DNA from: an uncultured Chloroflexia bacterium | GTDB taxonomy: Bacteria; Chloroflexota; UBA6077; JACCZL01 | NCBI GenBank assembly: GCA_963765765.1 | Contig: CAVXYC010000015.1 | Coordinates: 96,001-160,000 of the forward strand | DNA length: 64,000 nt | Reading direction: 5' to 3' | Shown: piece by piece, positions 31,653 to 42,637 of the stretch | Layout: every line of letters starts with the position of its first letter | Position numbering within the stretch: the first letter of the stretch is position 1 | Notes under the pieces: generated by a model | Seen by the model: the letters and a program-made list of their open reading frames with translations, nothing else | Told to the model about the DNA's origin: nothing | The model's database searches: none | Translations under genes and position numbers: made by a program

Positions 31653-32311
31653 CCCCCGTTGGTCATCACGTTCCTCTAGGCAGTACGGAGCTCAGCTCCC
31701 ATACGCTGCCTGCGCCTCTCAGGACAGCCCGGTGAGTGCCGAGAGGCAGATCAGGCTAGGCGGAACTCGCGGTGCAACCGGTAGCTCCAGCATTCGGTTC
31801 TGAACACCGACATGACATAACCGACATAACGTATATGTACTTCTGCAGGGGATTGCATCGTGTACACTGCCAATGTCGGAAGAAGCTTTCGACTATCTAA
31901 GTGACGCTGAGAAGGCTGCCTTTTAGGGCGCGGTAAACGCGTGGCGTCACACAATCAAGGTTGAGCGGAATCGAATACGGCGAGCGCGTTCCCACGCCAT
32001 GACGGCGTGCCACACAATGCTCAGCTCAACCAAGCCTGCCACGCTCCGTGGCATTCGCGGCGTCACTGATGACGCCCTGCGCTTATAGATCTCAACGCCA
32101 AATCCACCCATAAACCTGGCGGGATCCACCTCTCGGTCCTTCTGAGATCTCAACCAATATGAACCACGGGACATCTCCGCGCGCTAATTGACGCGGTATG
32201 AATGCACAGGGTCGCGGCACGTATCTATTTCGTCGCGCCCATCAGGTCCGGCCGTCATTCCTTTTCAGGCATTGACGCGCGGGCTCCCGATCCCAGTCCG
32301 AAGGAGTAGGA

Positions 32312-33398
32312 ATGTCAAATAGCTGGTCGCGGTGCTCCACCCCAGGCGTCTGGACCACTGCGATACTAGTTGTGCTGTGCTCCGTACTTAGTCTCAGAAC
32401 AGCGCAGGCGGAGGAGATCTTCCGCGAGGCTCTCGATCCGGCGACTAGTCCGGTGTCGCCCACTGTTCTTCCCACGAACGAACCGGGCAGCACGGGTGCG
32501 TCTGACAACGAAAGGAAGTCAGACAAAAAGAAGAAGGAGGGTCTGGCTGCAAGCTCGGGGTCGGCTACCCAGACAACGGATTTCGTGAATGCCGTGGCTA
32601 AACCAGAAGCAGCCATTCTCCCGGACACCCCTCAGCGAACTGTCTCAGGACAACCAATGAGCCCACCGGAGATCGCTGTCGTCGTTCCGCCAGCCACTGT
32701 GTCGGGTGCGCCAGTACCCATGCCGAATGCGACACCGGACGTTGCACTAAGTACCGAGTCAGCTCAGCTGCCGATCGTGATCGAGTCTCCGAGTGCACCC
32801 GTAACAACGGGTAGCACAAAGCCAGAGGGACAGTCTCCCGTGACCAGTGACCCGATCGTGAATGATCTGGTCAAGTCAGCGGACGAGGCCGTCGAAGGAT
32901 CATCGAGCAAGCCTTCCGCCCCGGCTTTAGTGCAATCCGGCGATTCTTCCTGACCCAGCCATTGCCGATCCGGCGGGCATCGTGCCGGTGGAAACTCAGG
33001 TTGCTGAGGAACCATGGTCCGCTGAGCGCACTATTGCGCTATTGACTGAGCGGGCAATTGCTCAAGGAAGCTCTCCCTACGAGGTGCTTGCCGTGGCGCG
33101 ATGCGAGACTGGATACACCTTCATGCCCTGGCGTGAAAACGGCAACCTGCTGCGCGGCTCCATGGGAGAAGTCGGCGTTGGGCAGTGGCTCCCGCCCGTT
33201 GAGCGGAACCACTGGGGCCGAACGCCGCATTGGCAGGAGTACCAGTACCACATCATGGCCGCCTACGTGAATGGCGACCCGAACGCAATCTGGTGGGACG
33301 CTGACGCGCTTGCTTGGTCCATGGGACCAGCTGCACCAGCGGGATTCAGGTCCGGCTGGTCATGCTGGCGCATCCGCGGCCCGTGGTGGTTCATGTAA
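32312..33398 (+). CDS. Secreted Pro/Ser/Thr-rich protein with C-terminal lysozyme/SLT-like domain (frameshift near 32950)
   Basis: Signal peptide ending AQA, low-complexity linker, VLAVARCETG...GEVGVGQW. Confidence 0.5.
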
Positions 33399-33480
33399 GC
33401 CACAGGGACTATTGGTTAGGGGATGAGGGGCTAGCTGGCTCGATCGGTGTGAGCACTGGCCCTTATCCCTGGCCCTCCTG

Positions 33481-34121
33481 CTACGGTTTGCGCGGCTCCA
33501 GAAGCATAACCGTCGGTTCGTCGGGGAGTCCGGATCGGCTTATGGAGATGCGGGGCTGAGGAGTCTGTGACTCCACTCCCAATTCTTTACAGAACGCATC
33601 GGCAGAATCTAGCTGGCTCTCATCCCCGTCCACCGCGTAGCGCATTGGGATAATCAGTCGAGGCTCCAGCCTGCTCACAATCTGCGATGCCTGTGCCGCG
33701 GAGACCGTGCCATGCCCTCCAACGGGCAAGAGAAGTACTTCCGCGTCTTTGAGCTGCTCCATCTCGTCGTTCGTGGGGACGCTCGAGATTGCTCCAAGAT
33801 GGCAGACGGTCATTTCATCGAGTTGAATGAGGTACGCAGTGTTCTTCAGCTGTCTTCCGTCACCGAGCTCGAGTTTACTCGTCGCAACGCCCGTGATCAT
33901 GAGCCCCGCGATCTCATATTCACCCGGACCGCTGACGATTTTGCGAGCATCTGATACCGCGCGGGCATTGTTATGGTTCGGATGATCGTGCGAGATCGTA
34001 ACCACCGTCGCTGAACTCTTAAGCGAACCAAAGCCCGCGGAGGTCCATACGGATCGGTGACCACCGAGACGTCTCGGCTTCGCAATTTAAAGCACGAATG
34101 GCCGTACCAATTGATGTCCAT
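33481..34121 (-). CDS. MBL-fold metallo-hydrolase (frameshifted)
   Basis: WYGHSCF, VTDPY, SHDHPNHN, LPVGG. Confidence 0.85.
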
Positions 34122-34246
34122 GCAGCATTTGTCCTCTAAGCGATTTCGTAGCGATGTGATCGGGAAAATAGTACCAAACCCCTCCGGAACACCTTCTCCG
34201 ATGAGGAAATCATGGTGCTCGCACCCGCCCCGCTATACTTCTTCTC

Positions 34247-34684
34247 GTGCTCGAATCTGCTGACATCCAGCGCATCATCCCTCACCGATACCCGGTACTC
34301 CTTGTAGATCGCGTCCTGGAGCTCGAGCTAGGCCAGCGCATCGTTGCCATAAAAAGCGTCAGTGGGAACGAGCCGTTTTTCCAGGGACACTTTCCGGGGA
34401 ATCCCATCATGCCGGGGGTGCTCATTGTGGAGGCGCTCGCGCAGACGGGTGTAGTGCTTATGCTCTCCGACGAAGCCAATAAGGGTAAGCTGCCGCTTTT
34501 CGCCGGGATAGATAAGCTTAAGTTTCGCCGCCAGGTCTTACCGGGCGATATCCTTCGTCTGGAGCTCAATGTCACCTCACAACGCGGTCGGGTTGGGAAG
34601 GGTCACGTGCGAGCGACAGTGGATGATCAGGTGGCCGCCGAAGGTGATCTGACCTTCGTCATGGTTGACGCCTCAGTGGCCTGA
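34247..34684 (+). CDS. fabZ: 3-hydroxyacyl-ACP dehydratase
   Basis: [38 protein letters not shown]. Confidence 0.95.
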   Translation: MLESADIQRIIPHRYPVLLVDRVLELELGQRIVAIKSVSGNEPFFQGHFPGNPIMPGVLIVEALAQTGVVLMLSDEANKGKLPLFAGIDKLKFRRQVLPGDILRLELNVTSQRGRVGKGHVRATVDDQVAAEGDLTFVMVDASVA

Positions 34685-34751
34685 GTGTCTCCTCGTACGG
34701 GCAAGCCATGGCGAATCATTCGCGAAGTGATCCGACCGGCATGAGAACAAG

Positions 34752-35936
34752 ATGAGCTCGCGTCGGGACATCCGGTTGAACGTCCTGGAAAGCATTGGGC
34801 GTTTGACATCCCAGCGGCCCGAGGCCGCTCTTCGCGGCAATGCTCGTGTGCTGCTGATTCGGCCCGATCACATTGGGGATGTGCTGCTAACAACGCCCGC
34901 CGTTGCCCTTCTGCGCCAATCCATGCCGTCCGCGTCTCTGGCCGCGCTGGTAGGCCCCTGGAGCGCTGAGGTCATCCGGCGCGGCCCTCCGATCGATGCT
35001 GTAAGCACATGCGAGTTCCCGGGATTTACCCGACGACCGTCGCGTTGGGTAGGAGAACCGTACGTCAAGCTCCGTCGAGCGCGTGAGCTGCATCGACAGC
35101 ACTTCGACGTGGCAATCATTGCTCGACCAGATCATTGGTGGGGGGCGCTTCTGGCAGCGGCCGCGGGCATCCCGCATCGAGTCGGATTCAATGTGCCGGA
35201 GTGTGCTCCTTTTCTTACCGAGACGCTGGAGGCGCCAGCGGGAGCTCACGTGGCGGAGCTGTCATTGATGCTGGCGGACCGTGTGGCCCAGATGGCTGGT
35301 GCTACGGTGCCAATCACTGACAGGCGGCCAGTCTTTAACGTGACGGAGACCGAGCGACTCCAGGCGCGCGAGGCAATCTCCAAGATTCACTTCAACGTGG
35401 ATGGTCCTCTCATTGTGCTGCACCCCGGGGCGGGGACCGAGCTCAAGCTGTGGCCATCAGAGCATTGGGCATCAACCCTGGACCTATTGCGCGAGCGGAA
35501 GAACGCGCGAACGATCATCGTTTCGGCCTCATCCGAGTCCTCCATCGTCGATCAGATTCAGGATGCGTCCCGTTCCGAGCATGCCTACCTCAACACGGAT
35601 AGTGGACTCGGCTTCCTCGCGGCTGTGCTGGAGACGGCAGATGTTGTTCTGGGCTCTGATTGTGGCCCACTTCACCTGGCAGCGGCCATGGGTGCCGCTA
35701 CTGTCCGTCTCTATGGACCCACTGATCCTGCTCTCTTTGGACCATGGCCCTCAGATGACCGGCAGGTGGTGCTTCGGGCAATGACACCCTGCAGTCCGTG
35801 TGGTTACGTCACAGGTCCGCCATGTGGCGCTACCACGCGACCACTCTGCCTTATGGAGCAGTCTCCCGAGGACATCGTGGACGCGGCGAGCTGGGTGCTC
35901 CGTCGATCCGCGTGGCCCGAATCGGCGGTTCTGTGA
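34752..35936 (+). CDS. Glycosyltransferase family 9 (heptosyltransferase-like)
   Basis: RPDHIGDVLLTTP, LHPGAG..K.W, DCGPLHLAAAMG, YGPTDP. Confidence 0.88.
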   Translation: MSSRRDIRLNVLESIGRLTSQRPEAALRGNARVLLIRPDHIGDVLLTTPAVALLRQSMPSASLAALVGPWSAEVIRRGPPIDAVSTCEFPGFTRRPSRWVGEPYVKLRRARELHRQHFDVAIIARPDHWWGALLAAAAGIPHRVGFNVPECAPFLTETLEAPAGAHVAELSLMLADRVAQMAGATVPITDRRPVFNVTETERLQAREAISKIHFNVDGPLIVLHPGAGTELKLWPSEHWASTLDLLRERKNARTIIVSASSESSIVDQIQDASRSEHAYLNTDSGLGFLAAVLETADVVLGSDCGPLHLAAAMGAATVRLYGPTDPALFGPWPSDDRQVVLRAMTPCSPCGYVTGPPCGATTRPLCLMEQSPEDIVDAASWVLRRSAWPESAVL

Positions 35937-35940
35937 GCGC

Positions 35941-37056
35941 ATGCATATAGGGATCGATGCAAGTAGAGCCATGGTCTCGTTGCCCACCGGAACCGAGCAA
36001 TATAGCCGCGAGATCATTGATCACCTGGCTCCACTCGCCGCGCACGATCGCATGACGCTCTATGTAAATCGCTGGGATGGCACGGATTGGCGGCCACCCT
36101 CGGGCGTTGGAGTTCGGGAGCTTCCATCGCAACGCGGTTGGACGCATGCACGTCTCTCAATGGAGATGCTTCGGTTTGCTCCAGACGTATTGTTTGTCCC
36201 GGCCCATTCCGTACCGCTCTGGCACCCGCGGGCCACAGTGGTAACGGTGCACGATCTGGGCTATCGTCGCCTGCCTGACGCACATCCCGATAGCTCTCGA
36301 CTGTACCGCGTATGGTCTACCCGCTTCAGCGCCCGAACCGCGACACGCGTGATCGCGGTATCTGAAACGACCAAGCGCGATCTGGTGGAGATGGAGGGCA
36401 TATCCGCGGAGCGCATCCGCGTTGTGCACCATGGTGTGGATACGTCGCTTCAGCGGGTCGAAAACGCTGCTCAATTGCGCGATGTCAGACGACGCTACGG
36501 ACTCCCGGAGCGTTACTTTCTCTACGTCGGTACGCTGCAGCCAAGGAAGAATCTTCAGCGCCTCATTCAGGCGCATCGACGGTTGCGAGAGTCGGACGCT
36601 CATTTGCCGTCGCTCGTTCTCGCTGGCCAAACTGGTTGGTTGGCGGACCCGATAATCCGCGAAGCGCGACAGAGTGTGTCCGCCGACTCAGTGATCCTCA
36701 CGGGCTATGTGGATCGCGCTGACCTGGCCGCACTTCTCTCCGCGTCGGTCGCCTTCGTGTACCCATCGCTCTACGAGGGATTCGGTATGCCAGTCTTAGA
36801 GGCTATGTCGTGCGGCACCCCGGTTCTTACATCGAACGTTTCATCATTACCCGAAGTGGCCGGAGATGCGGCAATGCTCGTCGATCCAGAAGACGTTGAC
36901 TCGATATGCGAAGGGCTTCGTCGGTTGGCCGACGATTCTGAGCTACGGGAGGACCTTCGCGGGCGAGGCCTGGAGTGGGTATGTCAATTCAGCTGGGATC
37001 GTGCAGCGCGGGAAACGTTGGCGGTGTTGCGTGAGGCTGTTGATGCGGCAAGGTAA
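35941..37056 (+). CDS. Glycosyltransferase family 4
   Basis: TVHDL, VGTLQPRKN, PSLYEGFGMPVLEAM. Confidence 0.92.
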   Translation: MHIGIDASRAMVSLPTGTEQYSREIIDHLAPLAAHDRMTLYVNRWDGTDWRPPSGVGVRELPSQRGWTHARLSMEMLRFAPDVLFVPAHSVPLWHPRATVVTVHDLGYRRLPDAHPDSSRLYRVWSTRFSARTATRVIAVSETTKRDLVEMEGISAERIRVVHHGVDTSLQRVENAAQLRDVRRRYGLPERYFLYVGTLQPRKNLQRLIQAHRRLRESDAHLPSLVLAGQTGWLADPIIREARQSVSADSVILTGYVDRADLAALLSASVAFVYPSLYEGFGMPVLEAMSCGTPVLTSNVSSLPEVAGDAAMLVDPEDVDSICEGLRRLADDSELREDLRGRGLEWVCQFSWDRAARETLAVLREAVDAAR

Positions 37057-37080
37057 GCTCATGCCACTCGAGCATCGAAC

Positions 37081-38191
37081 TTGACTCCCTTGAGGCGTCT
37101 TCTCGTCATCAAACTGGCCGATCTCGGCGATCTGCTCTCGATCACTCCGGCGCTTCGGGCGTTGCGTAATGGCCTACCTGGCGCGCACATCAGTGCTCTC
37201 GTGACGCCTTCAAGCGCATGCTTGCTGGATCGGTCTGACCTTGTGGATGAGATCATCCCATTCGATAAGTTCGCCTTCGATCGCAAGCGTGACGCATATC
37301 GCGGGGTCCCGAACGCTGTTGGCCTCGCCAGTGAGCTGCGCTCGCGACATTTTGATGCGCTTGTGCTCTTTCACCACCTGGCCACCGGCTGGGGACGCGC
37401 AAAGTACGCGGCGCTTGCGCTGGCCAGCGGGGCACCCCAGAGAGTCGGCCTGGATAACGGCACGGGCTGGTTCCTTACCCACCGAGCGGAAGACCGCGGA
37501 TTTGGGGCTCGGCATGAGGTGGACTATTGGCTTGAAGTTGCCGCGCTTCTAGGTGGGCATAATCCGAATCCCACACTCGAGCTGACTCTGCGTGATGAGC
37601 ACCAATCCTGGGCTGACGATCGATGGGCGCGACTCGGGCTGAGCGGCCCTGTCGCGGTGCTCCATCCCGGCTCAGGAGCGTTCAGTACCGCCAGACGGTG
37701 GCCGACCGGAGCGATTTGCGACGCTTGCGCGGCAGTTACGCGAGCGACTGGGGCTGGGCATTGTGGTGCTGGCCGGGCCGGCTCCGTCTGAGCTCGCATT
37801 GGCAGATGCGGTGGGTGCTTCGGCGGTGGACGCTCAGGTCGTCAGCGATGTGCCTTCGCCGTTGCATCTGGCCGCCTTCCTTCGGAATGCCGCGTTAGTC
37901 ATAGGCAACGACAGCGGCGTTCTCTACATGGCTGCCGCGGTTCAGCGACCGATCGTGGCGATATTCGGTCCAACAAATGATCGAGCATGGGGACCGTATC
38001 CGCCTGACGCCGCGCGTCATCAGGTGGTCGCTGAGACTCTGGCTTGCCGTCCATGTATCCACCGCGGATTCTCTTTTGGCGACCCACGGGGATGTCCCGC
38101 GCGCACCTGTCTGCATTTAATCCAGCCTGACACGGTGTTCGATGCCGCCCGAAAAGCGCTTGAATCGGCCACTACCCAACTTACAATATGA
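37081..38191 (+). CDS. Glycosyltransferase family 9 (frameshift near 37710-37760)
   Basis: KLADLGDLL, LHPGSG..RRW, GNDSG, FGPT. Confidence 0.85.
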
Positions 38192-38731
38192 CCGTGAGCC
38201 AGGTACCCGAGGCAACCCGGTGCGCTCGCCACCCTGGTGTGGAGACGTACCTGCGGTGCAGCCGCTGCGATACTCCAATCTGTCCGAGCTGCCTTGTGCA
38301 GACACCGGTCGGCGCCCGCTGCCGAAATTGCGCCGGGCTCAAGCGCTTGCCGACGTTCCAGGCAAGCAAAATGCTCCTGGTGCGCGGCTTTCTGGCCGCC
38401 GTTACCGTCGCGATGGCGGGTGCTTTCGTAATCGATCTTGTGCGCGGCTTTGGCTTCATCCTGACGATCGTATTGGGAGTTCTGCTTGCCGAAGCGGTGA
38501 GCCTGGCGGCAAATCGTCGACGCGGGCCGTACTTTGCCTGGACCGCCGCGATTGGCGCTGTCATTGGGATGCTCCTGGAACGCGGAATACTCGTATTTAT
38601 TGCCCTTGGCCCGCGTGCTCCGGAGATTCGGCTTCAGGGCGCCCTCGCTGCAATGGCCTCGATCAACTCTCATTGGCTGGGTCATGATTCTCGCAGTGGC
38701 GGGCATCGCCTTCTACCGACTTCGTCAATGA
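38188..38731 (+). CDS. B-box-like zinc-finger membrane protein
   Basis: CARHP...CSRCDTPICPSC...CRNC followed by about four hydrophobic segments; 3' end frameshifted. Confidence 0.7.
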
Positions 38732-39724
38732 CCGATCGATCGGCGCGACTGAGCGCTTTGCTCGATAAGTTTTCATCGTTGCGCGTCCTGGTGGTCGGCG
38801 ACATCATGCTGGACGAGTACGTCGATCGGCGCGCCCACGCGAGTGTCCCGCGAGGCGCCCGTGCTTGTGTTGGAGCAGCGGCGGCGGTTCGTTCGACCAG
38901 GCGGTGGAGCAAACCCAGCGGTGAATGTGCTCGCGCTAGGCGCGTCGCCGCGATTGGTTGGCGTCATTGGCGATGACGCGGTGGGCCATGAGCTTCGCGA
39001 ATCGCTGGACCAGCTTGGTATAGAAGCGACAGACCTTGTTGTTGCCACCGGAACAGAAACAACTCGCAAGACGCGAGTTCTGGCCGAAACCTCAAGTTCG
39101 TATGGTCAGCAGCTCTTTCGATTGGACCGACTAGGCGCTGCTCCGGGCGCGACGGCGGAGCAGCGCGTCATGGGACGGATACGGTCGTTGACTGCCGAGG
39201 TCGATGCCGTGCTGCTGTCCGACTACAAGGGCGGTATCATCGGCCCGGCCACCATTCAGGCTGCCAGAGAAGCGGCGCGCTCGCACCGGAGGCTGCTCAG
39301 CGTGGACTCACAGGGCGGCTTGGATCGCTTCCGTGGATTCGATCTGGTGAAATGCAATCGTCCCGACGCTGAGTCGTATGTTGGTCGGGAATTGGACGGC
39401 GAACGAGACTGGGCGGATGCCGGGATCGCGCTGGCCAAAGATCTGGAGATCGGCTGCCTGATGATCACCCTCGGCGGAGAGGGCATCTCTGTGAGCTCCC
39501 GCGATGCCTCGAGTCACGTGCCCGCTTCCAACCGCACGGAGGTGTGGGACGTTACCGGCGCCGGCGATACGGTCGTCGCAGTTGCCACACTCGCCCTCGC
39601 CGCATCTGCAAGTGGAGAGGACGCAGCCTATCTGGCGAACCTTGCGGCGGGGGAAGTGGTGCGGCACCTGGGCGTGACCACGACGTCACGCGACGAGATC
39701 CGTAGGCTACTCGCGACTATCTGA
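38728..39724 (+). CDS. PfkB-family heptose-7-phosphate kinase (RfaE/HldE domain I-like; frameshift near 38830)
   Basis: VVGDIMLDEY, SREAPV, PGGGAN, TTRKTR, LSDYKGG, DVTGAGDTV. Confidence 0.88.
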
Positions 39725-40009
39725 AGCGCTTGCTCCGGCAGCAGCGGCCTCGCGTGGCTTTTTCTTTCGCGAGGCGCGCATGGCCTCTTGGAGTCGCCAG
39801 CAAGTACGCCGAGGCTGCATGCACTTATCCTGCTCTTCAACAGTGAGCGGCGGCGTGTTTTGCAGGCAAATCGACTGATACAGAAGCAACCCGTCTTCGC
39901 CGCGCTCGTCCTCGTGGAACCAGCGCTCGCGATAGTACGGACAGGCGCTCTTATGCCGCCGCCAGTTTGGATTGTCAGGAATCTGCACGTTGTCGCCAGG
40001 GCATGACAT
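39707..40009 (-). CDS. Small Cys-containing hypothetical protein
   Basis: About 100 aa filling the intergenic gap, five Cys, basic tail. Confidence 0.5.
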   Translation of the reverse strand: MSCPGDNVQIPDNPNWRRHKSACPYYRERWFHEDERGEDGLLLYQSICLQNTPPLTVEEQDKCMQPRRTCWRLQEAMRASRKKKPREAAAAGASASDSRE

Positions 40010-40205
40010 TCTCGATTTTAGCACGTGCCCGGTGATTTCAGGGCTTCCCCAGATCACGCATATTCCGCCTCTCATTTGGTCGCTTCCTACATGCGCCCGG
40101 TCGCGGATTATTGGGATCCGACCGATACATTCGCGAAGCCTAGATTGGGTATCGTGCCCTGTATACTGCGGCTAGTTTGGGACATATGTTCTGCGAGGAG
40201 GGCAG

Positions 40206-40861
40206 GTGCCGAGACCGCTGCGAATCCTCATTGCCCGACACGGAGAAACAGAATGGAACTTAAGCCGCAGGTTTCAAGGTCACCTGGATTCACCGCTCAC
40301 CGAGCGGGGGAATGAGCAGGCACAGCGTCTCGCGTCGCGACTGGCACGAGAGCCGGTAGCGGCGATCTTCTCCAGCGATCTTGGTCGAGCGATGCAAACG
40401 GCGACGCCCATTGCCGATGCGCTTGGACTGGAGGTGCGGACAAGTCCGCTGTTACGGGAAATCGACTGCGGGACCTGGACAGGCCGACTTAAGGAAGAGC
40501 TCGCCAGAGAGGATCCCACGGGGATCGAGCGGTATCGGATCAGGCCCTCGGAGCACCGGATGCCCGACGGGGAATCGCTGGCCGACGTGCAAGCGCGCGG
40601 CCTGGCATTCCTTCGGGAGGTGCAGGCGCGCGAGCTCCGCCGTCCCATCCTCATCATTACCCATCACATTGTGGTGGAAACGATCGTTGTTCACGCGCTG
40701 AAGCGCGATCTCTCACAGCTCTGGCTAAGTATTCCAACGGGAAATTGCTTCCTAGCGAGCTCGAGCTTGCCGATCGCCGACTTCGAGCATTGACGGTTTA
40801 CGATGGCGCGCATCTCGGTGATGCGGCCCAGCCATATTTTGAAGGCGAGCGGGTGGCCTGA
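40206..40861 (+). CDS. Histidine phosphatase family protein
   Basis: ARHGETEWN, SSDLGRA.QT, REIDCG.W, GES, ITH; 3' end uncertain (40793 or 40861 after frameshift). Confidence 0.85.
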
Positions 40862-40866
40862 CCGGC

Positions 40867-42046
40867 ATGCCGCTGGACGCACTTCAGATCGGCGGCCAGG
40901 TCAAAGCGCTCAGCGCGCATCTCGAGTCGAACCAGGTTTTTCGGCGAGAGCGGCTGCCGCTGGCCCGCGAGACGCTACGCAGCCAGGCCGCAAGCTGGGA
41001 GAGCCTCGCGACACTCGCGGCGCGCTCGCAGAGTAGGCTCGCCACGCCGATTGAGCCATTGGACGCGGTCGCGAACGCGACTCCGGCGCCCGAGGCGTAT
41101 ACGGTCATGGCCACTGACGGTTCTCAGATCGAGCCAGATCATCACGGGATTGCCGAGTACTTCTTGATCAATCTCGGATCGGTGCGTCATTCGATACGGC
41201 GCCTCGCCAAATGCCCGGCTGGAGACGGCGGCACAGCTCTACTTCACCGACGAGGATCGATTCATCACCGACGGCTCTTCGGGCCGACGTCGTGTCCCGA
41301 TCCAGGAAGGACACCTGGCAGCACTGCGTAGCGTGAAGGAGCTGGAGGCGGTCGTCAGGCTAGCGGACGGCGAGCGGCTGGATTTTGAGCCGCGCGTGGC
41401 GCTGCAAGACGGAACACTACTGTTGTGGGTGCTGGAGCAGCGGCCGAATGACTACATACGCGAGCGGCTCCTGCGGCCGTACGTGGGACACCTGGAGCGC
41501 CTGAAGAGGCTCAATGTGCCAGTCGCAAGCTATATCAGCAGGCCGCGCAGCACTGAAGTTAGCGGACTATTGCGAGAGGCAACCTGTGGCGGAGACGTGA
41601 GTGGCTGCGCGTCATGCAGGCGAATTGGCAATCAGTGCGCACTCGATGCGCTGCACGATCGCGAGCTGTTCGTCGACCTCGAAATCGGCCAACGGTCCGC
41701 GCGATTCGCTGTAACCTTGAGCAGCGATCTCGACACCTACTACGCCGGCCATCGCATCCACTTCTTCTTCGTCCGCGTTGATGGTGACGAGATCGCCCGT
41801 GTGGAAGTGCCTGAGTGGGTGGCGACCGACGAGGTCGCGCTCCAACTGGTCCACAGTGTTGTGCTGGATCAGTGTCGGCGCGGGCTGGGCTACCCGGTCT
41901 CGATTGCCCGGGCGCACGAGAAAGCGGTCGTCACCGGAGCCGACCGATCGGTGGTTCGCACATTGATCGAATCCAGATTGGCTTACGATGGATTGCACGT
42001 GTCGAGCTCAGCGAAACAAGCCAGTAAGCGGATTCACGCCGTATGA
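40867..42046 (+). CDS. nurA: NurA-domain 5'-3' nuclease (frameshifted)
   Basis: ATDGSQ, LQDGTL, ARVEVPEW, GYPVSIARAHEKAVV. Confidence 0.88.
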
Positions 42047-42621
42047 GCGGCTGGCAAGGAGAGGTCGTGGAGACGCGCTCCACGGAGTTTGTCGCGCAAG
42101 CATACGACCACCGATCAGTCCCGCCATTCGGGGCGTTGCTGTGCTCCACCGTGGAACGAAGAACGATCTATGCGGTCGTCTATCAGGTCGCTACGACGGG
42201 GATCGATCCGGGATCGCGGCCGGTTGTGCGTGGCCACACGGGCCTTCGGGATCAGGCGATCTACGACGCCAATCCGGATCTCGCGCAGGTGCTGCGAACG
42301 GACGTGTCCGCGTTGATTGTCGGCTTCCACGATGGACCGACTCTGCGGCAGGTGCTGCCTCCCGAGCCGCCGCCACTTCACTGGACGGTGTACGAGTGCG
42401 ACGCCGAAGTCTGCCGCGCGTTTGGTGCAGATACGGCGTATTTGCGCTCGCTAGTAGATGCAGTACAGGCGCCCTCAGATGAGCTCATTGGCGCCCACGT
42501 GCGACTCATGGACTCCTACGCGGGTGCAGGCGATGCCTATCTGCCGCGCGCCGGCCGAGAGCTGGTGGAGCTATTGCGGAGCGATTATCCGACGATTGAT
42601 GGTCGATTATTGAGCGGGTGA
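42043..42621 (+). CDS. Stand-alone HAS-barrel domain protein
   Basis: GEVVET.STEFVAQ, PPFG, QVLPPEPPPLH..V; lies between nurA and herA; true end may be TGA at 42641. Confidence 0.75.
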   Translation: MSGWQGEVVETRSTEFVAQAYDHRSVPPFGALLCSTVERRTIYAVVYQVATTGIDPGSRPVVRGHTGLRDQAIYDANPDLAQVLRTDVSALIVGFHDGPTLRQVLPPEPPPLHWTVYECDAEVCRAFGADTAYLRSLVDAVQAPSDELIGAHVRLMDSYAGAGDAYLPRAGRELVELLRSDYPTIDGRLLSG

Positions 42622-42637
42622 GGCCAAGCCGTGTCCG

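Noticed and set aside
31653-32311. Integrative element or riboswitch after tRNA-Ala
   Set aside because: No integrase, no duplicated tRNA 3' end found in the window, and no riboswitch consensus recognised
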